A DNA stretch of 64,000 nucleotides. Origin: Pseudomonadota bacterium (GTDB lineage Bacteria; Pseudomonadota; Alphaproteobacteria; Rickettsiales; SXRF01). Position 1 is the stretch's first letter. Every line of letters begins with the position of its first letter. This document shows, in pieces, positions 19,185 to 28,680 of this stretch. The translations under genes and the position numbers were made by a program. The DNA lies in contig CAUJHR010000023.1 of assembly GCA_963205195.1 (NCBI GenBank), forward strand, positions 11,641 to 75,640, given 5' to 3'. Under the pieces are notes generated by a model. The model did not search any database and had not been told where the DNA came from. It was given only the letters and a program-made list of their open reading frames with translations.

Positions 19185-19751
19185 ATGGATAAACAGCAGA
19201 CTATATATATATTAAGCGATAATCGCGACTTTATAGAGCCGTTTTGCGCTCTTGTCACGCGGGAGTTGGGTTTGTCCTGCACAGAGCTGCAGTCAAAAGA
19301 AAGCTTGCCAGATTGTGGCGCTGCCTTAATTATAAGTGACAAGGCGCTTGAGTCTTCTGGCATGCCAGCAATAACAGTGAATTTACCTATACGAGTCAAT
19401 CGATTGCTTACAGAAATTGAAGGCAGGCTTTCAGATGGCGCATTAGCAGGTAATGAGCTGGCGGATATAGGTAATGGCTTGCAACTTTCATTGAAAAACA
19501 AACTGGTTAGACATAAAACAAGTGATGTTGAAGCAATCCTTACCGATAAGGAAAGCCAGCTTCTATATATAATAGCACAGGCTGGGAATCCTGGAATTTC
19601 ACGGGAATTATTATTGAAAGAAGTATGGAGCATTGATTCTGCGCTGGACACGCACACCCTGGAGACGCATATATACCGCCTGCGTAAAAAAATCCGCGAT
19701 AGTTTCGATCTGGAAATTATAAAGGCCTTTGAAGGGGGCTACAGGTTGTAA
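19185..19751 (+). CDS. Atypical OmpR/PhoB-type winged-helix regulator with a short degenerate receiver-like N-terminus
   Basis: C-terminus LTDKESQLLYIIAQAGNPGISRELLLKEVWSIDSALDTHTLETHIYRLRKKIR...GGYRL is a Trans_reg_C domain. I chose ATG 19185 (MDKQQTIYILSDNRD). The upstream part of the 377-aa track ORF is antisense to ribA. Confidence 0.7.
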   Translation: MDKQQTIYILSDNRDFIEPFCALVTRELGLSCTELQSKESLPDCGAALIISDKALESSGMPAITVNLPIRVNRLLTEIEGRLSDGALAGNELADIGNGLQLSLKNKLVRHKTSDVEAILTDKESQLLYIIAQAGNPGISRELLLKEVWSIDSALDTHTLETHIYRLRKKIRDSFDLEIIKAFEGGYRL

Positions 19752-19772
19752 TTAATAAATACCCAAAATAAT

Positions 19773-20192
19773 TTAGCTCTTTGTATAACTCTTTTTATTA
19801 GAATTTAAGCCATAGGATTTAACAGTTTCTTGCATTTGGCTAATTAAATCTTCGGCATAGTCCGCTGCCTGGTCAAACTCTAATTTGCCTTTTTGCATCA
19901 ATATTACAGCAATTTGATAGGTATCGATTTTTATGCTGCCTGGCTTTAAGCCAGGGTGTGTTCCAAGAACAATATCCTTGGCAATATTTTTTATTGTATC
20001 CTCTGATGCCTCTATTATCGCTGATGTATTGGCTGTTCCAATATCACCCAGCATATTTCGTAGATTGTCTTTTGCAAAATCTTGCAATTTTTTGAGAACT
20101 TCAGGTGCGCTTGCTTCAGTATTTGATTTTTGATCGCTTAATCCATGCTTGCCTTTACTTCTATTTTGCCAATTTTTACCGGAATTTTCCAT
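19773..20192 (-). CDS. Hypothetical protein (139 aa), function unknown
   Basis: ATG at 20192 is preceded by GGAGA with a 5-nt spacer. Hydrophilic, with no signal peptide or motif I recognise. The track start at 20204 is a TTG inside the duplicated RBS region. Confidence 0.5.
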   Translation of the reverse strand: MENSGKNWQNRSKGKHGLSDQKSNTEASAPEVLKKLQDFAKDNLRNMLGDIGTANTSAIIEASEDTIKNIAKDIVLGTHPGLKPGSIKIDTYQIAVILMQKGKLEFDQAADYAEDLISQMQETVKSYGLNSNKKSYTKS

Positions 20193-20226
20193 ATTATTCT
20201 CCAATACCCATATTATTCTCCAATAC
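20189..20226. repeat. Perfect 19-bp tandem duplication (2 x CCATATTATTCTCCAATAC) spanning the RBS and start codon of the minus-strand gene 19773-20192
   Basis: Read directly: 20189-20207 is identical to 20208-20226. On the minus strand each copy carries GGAGAATAATATG. Confidence 0.95.
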
Positions 20227-20398
20227 TTAGATAAATGTGATAATTAATAATTATTAGTATAATATTGTAATTATGCTAAAACTAAAGTTACAGTTGTGTT
20301 ACAACTATTTTTAATATAAAGCATTGTTTTTATTGGCGTATTGCAGCAGCCTTTTGTAGTATTGTGCTCTGCTTACAGGCTATTTATTAGGTTATAGG

Positions 20399-21475
20399 AT
20401 GGAAAAAACAGAGATTATAGGCCTTACGCGCGATGAGCTGACAGCAAAACTGAAAGAGGTCGGTTTTGAGGCATTCCGTGCCAAGCAGATATGGCATTGG
20501 ATATATGTCAAAGGTGTCACCGATTTTACACAGATGACCAGTATTGCAAAAAACCAGCATGCTTTGCTTGCTGAGTACTTCTCCTTGGCTCGGCCTAAAA
20601 TTTCGCGTGCACTTACCTCTGTTGACGGTACACGCAAATGGCTTCTGGAAATGCCGGACGCTAACAAGGTAGAAACAGTATTCATTCCTGAAACTGACCG
20701 CGGGGCATTGTGTGTTTCCTCGCAGGTAGGCTGTACACTTACCTGCACTTTTTGTCATACGGGCACTATGCCGCTGGTACGCAATTTAACCGCTGCTGAT
20801 ATTATAGGGCAGGTACTTATTGCCCGCGACGGGCTGGAAGAATGGAATAAAAGGAGAGAGGATTGCCTGTTTACCAATATAGTGATGATGGGTATGGGTG
20901 AGCCGCTATATAATTATGATAACGTGGCAAAAGCTTTGCAGGTAATAATGGATGGCGAGGGAATCGCAATTTCCAAGCGGCGCATAACCCTTTCCACTTC
21001 CGGCGTAGTACCCATGATTGAGCGTTGCGGAAAAGAGTTGGGCGTTAACCTTGCAATTTCATTGCACGCAGTGCGCGATGAGTTGCGTGATGTAATTGTT
21101 CCTATAAATAAAAAATATCCTATCGCGCAATTATTGAAAGCCTGCCGCGAATATCCGGCGGCGAATAATGCGCGGCGCATAACCTTTGAATATGTCATGC
21201 TCAAAGGTGTAAACGACAGCGATGCCGACGCACGCGAGTTGGTAAAATTGCTAGATGGCATTCATGCTAAAGTAAACCTCATACCATTTAATCCTTGGCC
21301 TGGGGCACCTTATGAATGTTCATCGAAAAATCGTATCCGCGCATTTGCTGAGATCGTCAATAATGCAGGGTTTTCCTCGCCTGTGCGGGCAACAAGGGGG
21401 CAGGATATTTTTGCAGCTTGCGGCCAGCTCAAGTCGGATAGCGAGCGCAAAAAAGGACAGAAAGTTATTTTATAA
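20399..21475 (+). CDS. rlmN: 23S rRNA/tRNA (adenine-C2) methyltransferase, radical SAM
   Basis: [11 protein letters not shown], radical-SAM cluster motif [11 protein letters not shown], and MGMGEPL. Confidence 0.95.
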   Translation: MEKTEIIGLTRDELTAKLKEVGFEAFRAKQIWHWIYVKGVTDFTQMTSIAKNQHALLAEYFSLARPKISRALTSVDGTRKWLLEMPDANKVETVFIPETDRGALCVSSQVGCTLTCTFCHTGTMPLVRNLTAADIIGQVLIARDGLEEWNKRREDCLFTNIVMMGMGEPLYNYDNVAKALQVIMDGEGIAISKRRITLSTSGVVPMIERCGKELGVNLAISLHAVRDELRDVIVPINKKYPIAQLLKACREYPAANNARRITFEYVMLKGVNDSDADARELVKLLDGIHAKVNLIPFNPWPGAPYECSSKNRIRAFAEIVNNAGFSSPVRATRGQDIFAACGQLKSDSERKKGQKVIL

Positions 21476-21747
21476 TTTTAAATTATGAAAATAATCTTAC
21501 CTAATTGCTAGGATATTTTTTCCGCAGCATTTTTTTTCAGACTGTGACTTTTTTGCCAGTAAAAAATTTTCCTACCGTCAAATTTTTTCTTCCAATTTTT
21601 TAGCATAATCCAGCAAGTGTTTGCTAGGGCTTTTTCATTTTTGCACATTATTTGCATAGCTGTTTTTAATATTATCAATTTATGGATGAACAGAAAAGTT
21701 TAACTAAGATTAATCTGGTAAACATAAGCGGATAAGATATACCAGAT

Positions 21748-21769
21748 ATTGAAATTGCATATTTTCAAT
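21748..21769. promoter_or_regulatory. Inverted repeat ATTGAAA-N8-TTTCAAT about 50 bp upstream of the porin gene (candidate operator)
   Basis: Read directly in the 342-bp intergenic region between rlmN and 21818. No cognate regulator identified. Confidence 0.3.
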
Positions 21770-21817
21770 TTTTAGAAACTAAGTTTACAACATAACACTT
21801 ACTACGGAGAGAGTAAC

Positions 21818-23221
21818 ATGAAATCTAAAAAACAGATACTTCTTGCAACTAGCGCACTCGTCATTATTCCTGCCATGGTAGGTTTTTTTGCAAGCGATGC
21901 TGAAGCGGCTACTAAAAAATCCAAAAAAGCTGCCGCTACTGCCGCCGCCGCTGCGCCTGCTGCTGCTTTAGCTGCCGCCCCTGCTGTTAAACCAGAGCAA
22001 AAATCAGAGCTTGCGGAAGGTCTTGATAAATTCAGTACTGATAATTTTCCTGATGTGAAGCCGGGCAGCCTTGGTTATGCTATTCTCCATGGAACTCCGT
22101 GGATCAATGCACGCTACCGTTATGAAATGGTAGATCAGGATGGGTTTGCTGAAGACGCGTATGCTTCTACATTGCGTACCAGGATCGGTTATAAAACCGG
22201 ATTATGGCAGGGTTTCCAGGTTGCTGTTGAGGGTGAAAATATAATGGCTCTTGGTGTTGACCATTATAACAGCAGCACTAATGGAAAAACCCAGTTCCCT
22301 GGTGTTACCGACCCAGAAGATACAGCCTTGAACCAGTTATACATCAGCTATCAAGGTCTGCCAAAAACCAATATCACCATTGGCCGTCAGGTTGTAAATC
22401 TTGATAACCAGCGTTTCATCGGTTCCAGTGATTGGCGCCAGAATGACCAGACCCTTGATGCTGCCAGCATTTCAACCCAGTTTATTGATCATGCAAGCAT
22501 CTATTATGCATATGTTAATAAAGTGAACCGCGTAACAGGGCCTTATGCTACCAATGGCGCGTATGACAGTGATTCACATTTGATCAATGCATCATATGAG
22601 TTTGACCCGGCGCTTAAGATAACAGCATATGACTATATGCTCGATTTTGATGATGCACGTTCTTCATCATCAATGACTTATGGTGCGCGTTTAACCGGTA
22701 AGTTGGGCCTGGGAAATGACTTTGGGCTTATCTATGCTGCGGAAATTGCTAACCAGTCAGATTATGCTGATAACACCGCTAATTACAGCGCCAACTACTA
22801 CTTGGCAGAGCCGGGCTTAACCTGGAATGGCTTTACAGCTAAAGGCGGCTACGAAGTGTTGGAAGGCGATGGTATCTCATCACACGCTTTCCAAACCCCG
22901 CTTGCAACATTGCATGCTTTCAATGGCTGGGCTGATAAATTCACCACCACACCTGCAAATGGTTTGGAAGACCGCTATGTGTCCCTTGGCTATAAAGTGC
23001 CATTTGGTGACCCTCTTGTAAAAGGTACCGACATACTCGTTGCTTATCATGATTATGAGTCAAACCATACCAATGTGCATTATGGTACTGAATGGAACGC
23101 TCAGATCCAGCAGACCTTTTATAATCATTATACACTTGGCTTGAAATTTGCCGACTATAATGCTGATAAACTTTTCACTGATACTACCAAGGTTATGGCT
23201 ACTGTGCAGATAAAATATTAG
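21818..23221 (+). CDS. Outer-membrane beta-barrel protein, alginate-export (AlgE-like) porin family
   Basis: Signal peptide ending DAEA, Ala/Pro-rich linker, GRQVVNLDNQRFIGSSDWRQNDQTLDAAS motif, alternating aromatic/polar beta-strand pattern and a C-terminal aromatic residue (...TVQIKY). Confidence 0.7.
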   Translation: MKSKKQILLATSALVIIPAMVGFFASDAEAATKKSKKAAATAAAAAPAAALAAAPAVKPEQKSELAEGLDKFSTDNFPDVKPGSLGYAILHGTPWINARYRYEMVDQDGFAEDAYASTLRTRIGYKTGLWQGFQVAVEGENIMALGVDHYNSSTNGKTQFPGVTDPEDTALNQLYISYQGLPKTNITIGRQVVNLDNQRFIGSSDWRQNDQTLDAASISTQFIDHASIYYAYVNKVNRVTGPYATNGAYDSDSHLINASYEFDPALKITAYDYMLDFDDARSSSSMTYGARLTGKLGLGNDFGLIYAAEIANQSDYADNTANYSANYYLAEPGLTWNGFTAKGGYEVLEGDGISSHAFQTPLATLHAFNGWADKFTTTPANGLEDRYVSLGYKVPFGDPLVKGTDILVAYHDYESNHTNVHYGTEWNAQIQQTFYNHYTLGLKFADYNADKLFTDTTKVMATVQIKY

Positions 23222-23251
23222 CACATAATATAATCAAACAAAGGAGCAAGT

Positions 23252-23971
23252 ATGAAGAAAATATATTTATATACTGCCTCAATATGTATTAGTGGGTTGT
23301 TTTGTTTTTCGGCGGCTTATGCCGGTGAAGAGGATACCGCAAAGGAAATGGCGGCTCTATTCTCTTCCGGGCGTGCTGTTATCTCTGATAACCAGGATCA
23401 GATTAATAATGCTGATCTTGGTGATAAGGGATTGACCGGCGATGTTGTAGTCGCCAAGGCCAAGGAAAAATATAAGGAAAAAATGGGCAAGGATGTTGAT
23501 GCTAATGATCCTTACCAGAAAGCCATCCTTGAAGCTATTGGTGACGTTATGAAAGACGCGCAGCCTGTTATTAATGAAAAGGGAAAAGGCTTTAAAGGCT
23601 TCCTTCCTGCGGTTTTTGCCGGTCAGGTTGCAACTAAGGCCTCAGAAAAACTGTCTGGCAAAGCGGTTATTAAACTCACTGCTCCTAAGGAGCTGGTGCG
23701 TAACCGCAAGAACCGTCCTGATGACTGGGAAAGCAAAGCAATTGAAGAAACCTTCAAAAAAGCTGGTTATGAAAAAGGCAAAGCTTTTTCAGAAGCCACT
23801 ACAGTTGACGGTAAAAATGCTTTTCGTTTTATCCAGCCGGAATATTATAAGCAATCTTGTTTGAGCTGCCATGGCGGACCAAAAGGTGAGACTGATATTT
23901 CAGGAGGTAAGAAGGAAGGTGCCAACCTTGATGATCTGGGCGGCGCAGTCAGCGTTACAATATTTAAATAA
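23252..23971 (+). CDS. Secreted c-type heme protein, DUF3365 (Tll0287-like) family
   Basis: Signal peptide (cleavage near AYA|GEED). C-terminus FRFIQPEYYKQSCLSCHGGPKGETDISGGKKEGANLDDLGGAVSV contains CxxCH in the DUF3365 context. RBS AAAGGAG lies 30 nt after the porin stop. Confidence 0.75.
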   Translation: MKKIYLYTASICISGLFCFSAAYAGEEDTAKEMAALFSSGRAVISDNQDQINNADLGDKGLTGDVVVAKAKEKYKEKMGKDVDANDPYQKAILEAIGDVMKDAQPVINEKGKGFKGFLPAVFAGQVATKASEKLSGKAVIKLTAPKELVRNRKNRPDDWESKAIEETFKKAGYEKGKAFSEATTVDGKNAFRFIQPEYYKQSCLSCHGGPKGETDISGGKKEGANLDDLGGAVSVTIFK

Positions 23972-23977
23972 AATATA

Positions 23978-24004
23978 AGTGCCAGCCTTAGGGCTGGCAC
24001 TTTA
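23978..24004 (+). terminator. Rho-independent terminator downstream of the DUF3365 gene
   Basis: Perfect 10-bp stem AGTGCCAGCC/GGCTGGCACT with loop TTAG, followed by a T-containing tail. Starts 7 nt after the stop codon. Confidence 0.7.
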
Positions 24005-24077
24005 GCATTAGGCAGTGCAAATTGGGATGGCCACTATGCATTGTTATTTAAAATAATCAATAATCAGGAGATCATGT

Positions 24078-25892
24078 ATGGTCATGGAAAACGTATGCGA
24101 ATCAGAAAAAAAAGCAGGCATGCTTGATAACCTTACTATTCGTGCCAAATTATTGATGCTTGCCGGATTCTTATTGTTCGCGCTGCTTGCAACTAACTTA
24201 TATAGCTCTTTCATAACTTATAAGATTTATGATGTTGTGCTAGGCACGCAGAAAAATATCACTGAAGTGAAAAATAAAGGTGTTGAGGTAAAAGATACAC
24301 TAGATAAGCAGCAGGCTGCCAATGATCGCGTTGCGGCTACACGTTCAGTTTTGCGTCATTTTAATATGTTGCGTTATTGGATTACTGACCTCTCCGCCAG
24401 CTGGCTTAATGAATCAGAAAAAAATGCTGATGCCGAAAAAACAGAATTATCAGCTGCATTAAAAAAGCTTTCAGAGTTCGCACCTGAAGAAGCAAAAAAA
24501 ATAGAAGCGCAAGCATCCAGTTTTCATAGCATATCACTTAAAGCAGTAGATGCTTTTGTCGATGGCAACCGAGTTAAGGGCAATGCATTGCTGGCAGACG
24601 CCAGGAAAGCTTCTTTGGAAGTGGATACCACTCTGGATTCAGTACTTAAAAAGCAGGAAGAGGAAGCAAGGGTCTTTAAGGAAAAAGCTGTTGCTGCTAC
24701 ACAAGCTAATTCCGATTATGCGGTAAAGATACAAAACAATGTTGAGGAATCAATATCTAGCGCTCAAAATAACATGAGCATATTGCTTATTGTAGTAGCA
24801 GTAGCCACCATAGTTTCTGTATTGTTTACCATTATAAGCATAAAATCTCTTATATCACCTATCCGCAGCATTATAAATGCCATGTCAGAACTTGCAGTGG
24901 GCAACACCGACATTACTTTGCCACCAGTTTCTAAAACTGAAATTGGTGAAATGGCCAGCTCGATGATGGTATTTGTTGAAAATAAACGCAAAAGCGATGC
25001 CCTGTCCCAGAATGAGCAGATGGAGCAGGCTATAAAACAACGCCGTTCTGAAAAAATGGACCAGGCTATACGCGGATTTGAAAAAGTCGCAGCTGCTGCA
25101 GTTGAAGCTGTGTCAGGAGCCGCTTCGGAATTGCAGACCACTTCACTCGGTATGGCCAAGACGGTTGGTGATGCTGATGTGAAAGCATCCGACGTTGCAT
25201 CAATTGCAATGGAAACATCATCCAATGTACAGACCGTTGCTTCTGCAGCTGAGGAACTATCTGCTTCCATTAAGGAAATTGCAGTTCAGGTTAGTAAATC
25301 TTCCAGTGGTGCAGGGGAGGCAATGCAGGAGGTTATGAAGGGCGAACAATTCGCGGATAACCTGGCAAATGCAGCAACAGAGATCGGTAATGTCAGTGAT
25401 TTTATCGGGAATATAGCTTCACAGATTAACCTGCTGGCTCTTAATGCAACTATTGAATCGGCCCGTGCAGGTGAAGCTGGTAAAGGTTTTGCGGTAGTAG
25501 CTTCTGAAGTTAAGAATCTTGCTACCCAAACCTCAAAGGCTACTGATGATATTGCAAGGCAGATTGGTAATGTTCAGGGTATTGCCAAAGAAATGGTGAG
25601 CATAATAAGCTCAATTAAGCATGTAGTAAATAATGTGAATGAATATTCGGCAACAATTGCTGCTGCTGTCGAAGAACAAAGTGCGGTGACCAATGAAATA
25701 TCCAAAAACATGGTAGTTGCATCTAATGGTGTAAATTCTATATCCACTAATATAGGCGATGTTAAATCGGCAACCAATAATGCTGACCATGCCACCAAGG
25801 ATGTATTGGAATCTTCCAAGCTGCTTAGTATGCAGGCGAATAACCTGAATAAGGAAATCAGTAAATTCTTAAACAGCCTGCAGGCCGCTTAA
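24078..25892 (+). CDS. Methyl-accepting chemotaxis protein (2 TM, helical periplasmic domain, HAMP)
   Basis: TM1 LLMLAGFLLFALLATNL, about 190-aa periplasmic region, TM2, HAMP (PIRSIINAMSELAVGNTDITLP) and the hairpin-tip signature [40 protein letters not shown] 7 nt upstream. Confidence 0.9.
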   Translation: MVMENVCESEKKAGMLDNLTIRAKLLMLAGFLLFALLATNLYSSFITYKIYDVVLGTQKNITEVKNKGVEVKDTLDKQQAANDRVAATRSVLRHFNMLRYWITDLSASWLNESEKNADAEKTELSAALKKLSEFAPEEAKKIEAQASSFHSISLKAVDAFVDGNRVKGNALLADARKASLEVDTTLDSVLKKQEEEARVFKEKAVAATQANSDYAVKIQNNVEESISSAQNNMSILLIVVAVATIVSVLFTIISIKSLISPIRSIINAMSELAVGNTDITLPPVSKTEIGEMASSMMVFVENKRKSDALSQNEQMEQAIKQRRSEKMDQAIRGFEKVAAAAVEAVSGAASELQTTSLGMAKTVGDADVKASDVASIAMETSSNVQTVASAAEELSASIKEIAVQVSKSSSGAGEAMQEVMKGEQFADNLANAATEIGNVSDFIGNIASQINLLALNATIESARAGEAGKGFAVVASEVKNLATQTSKATDDIARQIGNVQGIAKEMVSIISSIKHVVNNVNEYSATIAAAVEEQSAVTNEISKNMVVASNGVNSISTNIGDVKSATNNADHATKDVLESSKLLSMQANNLNKEISKFLNSLQAA

Positions 25893-25893
25893 T

Positions 25894-26520
25894 TTACCCA
25901 AAGCAATTTTCCGGTTGGCTGGCTAAAGCTTGTTCAAGCTTTACTAAATAATCTTCACGGGAAATTTCCTGTATACCGAATTGGGTTAAATGCTCGTTGG
26001 TGAATTGTGCATCAAGCAATTCGTAGCCTGCTTTTCCGAGCAATTCCACCAGATGTACCAGCGCAACCTTGCTAGCGTTACTGCTTCTTGAAAACATGCT
26101 TTCACCGAAAAATGCGCGGCCTATAGAAACCCCATAAAGGCCGCCGGCAAGTATCACTTCGCCATTCCCGGCCTGTTGCCAACATTCCACGCTATGGGCA
26201 AAGCCGCGTGTGTGCAGCTCGCAATATAGCTTTATGATAGCATCATTTATCCAGGTGCTTTCCCTTCCCTGGGCAGTAGCGGCGCAACTTTTTATCACCT
26301 GTTCAAAAGCCCTGTCAGTTGTAATTGCAAAAGGGGACTTACGCATGTATTTCGCAAGGCTCCTTGGTATATGAAAATCATCAATGGGTAGAATCCCGCG
26401 CATTTCCGGGTAAAACCATTCCAGTGTCTTGCTTTCACTGCTGGCTGCCATTGGAAAATAACCTTGCGTATATGCAGCAAGGAGAAGCTCCCATGTTGTT
26501 TCACTATCTGAATATGGCAT
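25894..26520 (-). CDS. aat: Leucyl/phenylalanyl-tRNA-protein transferase
   Basis: LLAAYTQGYFPM, GGLYGVSIGRAFFGESMFS, 208 aa. Confidence 0.9.
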   Translation of the reverse strand: MPYSDSETTWELLLAAYTQGYFPMAASSESKTLEWFYPEMRGILPIDDFHIPRSLAKYMRKSPFAITTDRAFEQVIKSCAATAQGRESTWINDAIIKLYCELHTRGFAHSVECWQQAGNGEVILAGGLYGVSIGRAFFGESMFSRSSNASKVALVHLVELLGKAGYELLDAQFTNEHLTQFGIQEISREDYLVKLEQALASQPENCFG

Positions 26521-26526
26521 TATGAT

Positions 26527-27204
26527 TTATAGCCTATCGGGGAAGTTACTGAAAAGCCCATCCACACCTAGTTCCCTTGCCCTATCGATCTGCTCCCTAG
26601 AGTCTGCTGTCCACGCAAGAACCTTAAGGCCGCGCTTGTGGGCGTCATCTATAAATTCTTTGGTTACATGGTCAATGGCAGGGTTAAGCGACCAGGCGCC
26701 AGCTTCAATTGCAATCTGTGCAAGGCTTACTGGGATTCCAACCAGCAGGGCGCAGGTTTTTACCTGTGGGATAAGGTCTTTTATGAATTTTATCTGGTTA
26801 TGGTTGAAGGAGCAGACGTAGAAATGTTCGTAATCCCAGCCAAGGGTTTTTACCGCATGGGTGATTATTTCTGCAACTGGCCTTTCGGAATGTTCTGCTT
26901 TAAGCTCAATGAACAAGCGGCATTTATTATCAATAAGTTTTATAACATCTATTAGCGATGGGATTTTTTCGCCATTCCCGGCATCAAGCTTTTGCAGCTC
27001 GGCAAGTGTAAAGCTGCTGACCAGTCCTTTCCCGTTAGTGGTGCGCTCAAGCGTATCATCATGGATAACAACCGGGATATTATCCTTACTTAATTGTATG
27101 TCGAATTCAAACCCATCAAGGTTTAATTCCAGCGCACGGCGCATAGATATAAGCGTATTTTCCGGCAGGTTGCCGCCTGCGCCGCGATGCCCGATGCGCC
27201 ACAT
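26527..27204 (-). CDS. ugpQ: Cytoplasmic glycerophosphodiester phosphodiesterase
   Basis: GHRGAGG...PENTL, EFDIQLSKDNIPVVIHDDTLERTTNG. No signal peptide. Confidence 0.85.
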   Translation of the reverse strand: MWRIGHRGAGGNLPENTLISMRRALELNLDGFEFDIQLSKDNIPVVIHDDTLERTTNGKGLVSSFTLAELQKLDAGNGEKIPSLIDVIKLIDNKCRLFIELKAEHSERPVAEIITHAVKTLGWDYEHFYVCSFNHNQIKFIKDLIPQVKTCALLVGIPVSLAQIAIEAGAWSLNPAIDHVTKEFIDDAHKRGLKVLAWTADSREQIDRARELGVDGLFSNFPDRL

Positions 27205-27206
27205 GG

Positions 27207-27653
27207 CTATTCCTTGCTTTTAATTAGTGCTGCAACGCCATCCAGTGCCAGAATATAGCTGCCACTGCCAAACCCGCATATAACTCCTTTAGCAGCTTTA
27301 GAAATGAAAGATTCATGCCGGAATGCTTCGCGCTTGAAAATATTGGAAAGATGTACTTCGATAACTGGAATTTTGAGCAGGAGCAAAGCATCCATTATAG
27401 CAATAGAGGTATGGGTGTAGGCTCCCGCGTTTATCAGTAATCCCTGATGGTCTTTTGCCGCTCGCTGGATGGCAGTTACCAGTTCCCCTTCGACATTTGA
27501 CTGCATGAAATCCATCTCCAGTCCAAGCTGTGCTGCGTGTTCTTTGCATTTTGCTTCAATATCTGCTAGTGTTTCTTTGCCGTAAATCTCTGGCTCGCGT
27601 GAACCTAGCATGTTTAAATTGGGGCCATTGACGATTAAGATACGAGCGGGCAT
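27207..27653 (-). CDS. aroQ: 3-dehydroquinate dehydratase, type II
   Basis: ILIVNGPNLNMLGSREPEIYG, INAGAYTHTSIAI, EVHLSNI. Confidence 0.95.
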   Translation of the reverse strand: MPARILIVNGPNLNMLGSREPEIYGKETLADIEAKCKEHAAQLGLEMDFMQSNVEGELVTAIQRAAKDHQGLLINAGAYTHTSIAIMDALLLLKIPVIEVHLSNIFKREAFRHESFISKAAKGVICGFGSGSYILALDGVAALIKSKE

Positions 27654-27700
27654 ATTAAGTTCCTTTAATTTTGTTTATTTATAAACTATCGCTGGAAGCA

Positions 27701-27901
27701 ATGCAAATCACACTTAACGGAAAATCCTACAAGGTTGAGCAGGGGGCTACTATTGAAAAGCTGGCGCAAACCCTTGATCTGTCTCAAACTCAAGTGGCTG
27801 TAGAGCTGAACCGTGAGATCGTTCCGCGCTCGCTTTATGGTAAGGCACAATTAAACGAAGGCGACCAGATAGAGATAGTAACTTTTATCGGAGGGGGATG
27901 A
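27701..27901 (+). CDS. thiS: Sulfur carrier protein ThiS
   Basis: 66 aa ending in GG (...[10 protein letters not shown]). ATG 27701 (MQITLNGK). 4-bp overlap with thiG. Confidence 0.85.
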   Translation: MQITLNGKSYKVEQGATIEKLAQTLDLSQTQVAVELNREIVPRSLYGKAQLNEGDQIEIVTFIGGG

Positions 27902-28680
27902 TGCAGGCTGGCAGAGATCCTTTTATCATTGCCGGGCGCAGTTTTTCTTCGCGCCTGCTGGTTGGAACCGGTAAATATACGGACATAGCGCAAACTAAAG
28001 AAGTTATAGAAGCCAGCGGTGCAGAAATAATTACTGTTGCTCTTCGCCGTGTGGATTTATCACAAAATGGTGGTGGCGGTTTGATGCAGGCCCTTCCGCC
28101 TTCTAAATATACTTACCTTCCCAATAGTGCAGGTTGTTACACCGCTGATGAAGCGGTCAGGACCTTGCGGCTGGCGCGGGAATTGGGGGGGTGGGACCTG
28201 GTTAAACTGGAAGTTATAGGTGATAAGGATAACCTATATCCCGATACTGAAGAAACCATAAAAGCAGCACGAATACTGGTAAAAGAAGGGTTTTTCGTAA
28301 TGGCTTACACCACTGATGACCTTGCGGTTGCCAAAAGGCTTGAGGATGCGGGGTGTAGCGCGGTAATGCCGCTGGCCGCGCCAATTGGTTCAGGGCTTGG
28401 TATTTTAAGCCCGCTTAATATTAGCAAGATAGCAGAGCAGCTGGATGTGCCCGTATTAGTGGATGCGGGTATCGGCACAGCTTCCGATGCCTGCATAGCG
28501 ATGGAGCTGGGTTGCGCTGGTGTGCTGCTTAATACCGCATTATCTTCGGCAAAAAAACCAGTGCTTATGGCAAAAGCCATGCGAAGCGCGGTAGAATCAG
28601 GCAGGCAGGCTTTTATTGCCGGCAGGATGGAAAAACGGGTAAATGCCAGCCCAAGCTCACCGGTTGAAGGTATTATTTAA
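27898..28680 (+). CDS. thiG: Thiazole synthase
   Basis: [39 protein letters not shown]. Confidence 0.95.
   Translation: MMQAGRDPFIIAGRSFSSRLLVGTGKYTDIAQTKEVIEASGAEIITVALRRVDLSQNGGGGLMQALPPSKYTYLPNSAGCYTADEAVRTLRLARELGGWDLVKLEVIGDKDNLYPDTEETIKAARILVKEGFFVMAYTTDDLAVAKRLEDAGCSAVMPLAAPIGSGLGILSPLNISKIAEQLDVPVLVDAGIGTASDACIAMELGCAGVLLNTALSSAKKPVLMAKAMRSAVESGRQAFIAGRMEKRVNASPSSPVEGII

Noticed and set aside
21886-22000. GCT/GCC-rich repetitive stretch considered as a tandem DNA repeat
   Set aside because: It is in-frame Ala/Pro-rich linker coding sequence of the porin (…AAATAAAAAPAAALAAAPA…). It is low-complexity coding sequence, not a discrete repeat element.
25380-25560. Similarity between the two MCP genes (also 59780-59960), considered as a dispersed repeat or recombination substrate
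   Set aside because: The protein motifs are near-identical, but the DNA differs at most synonymous positions. These are old paralogs, not a recent repeat.
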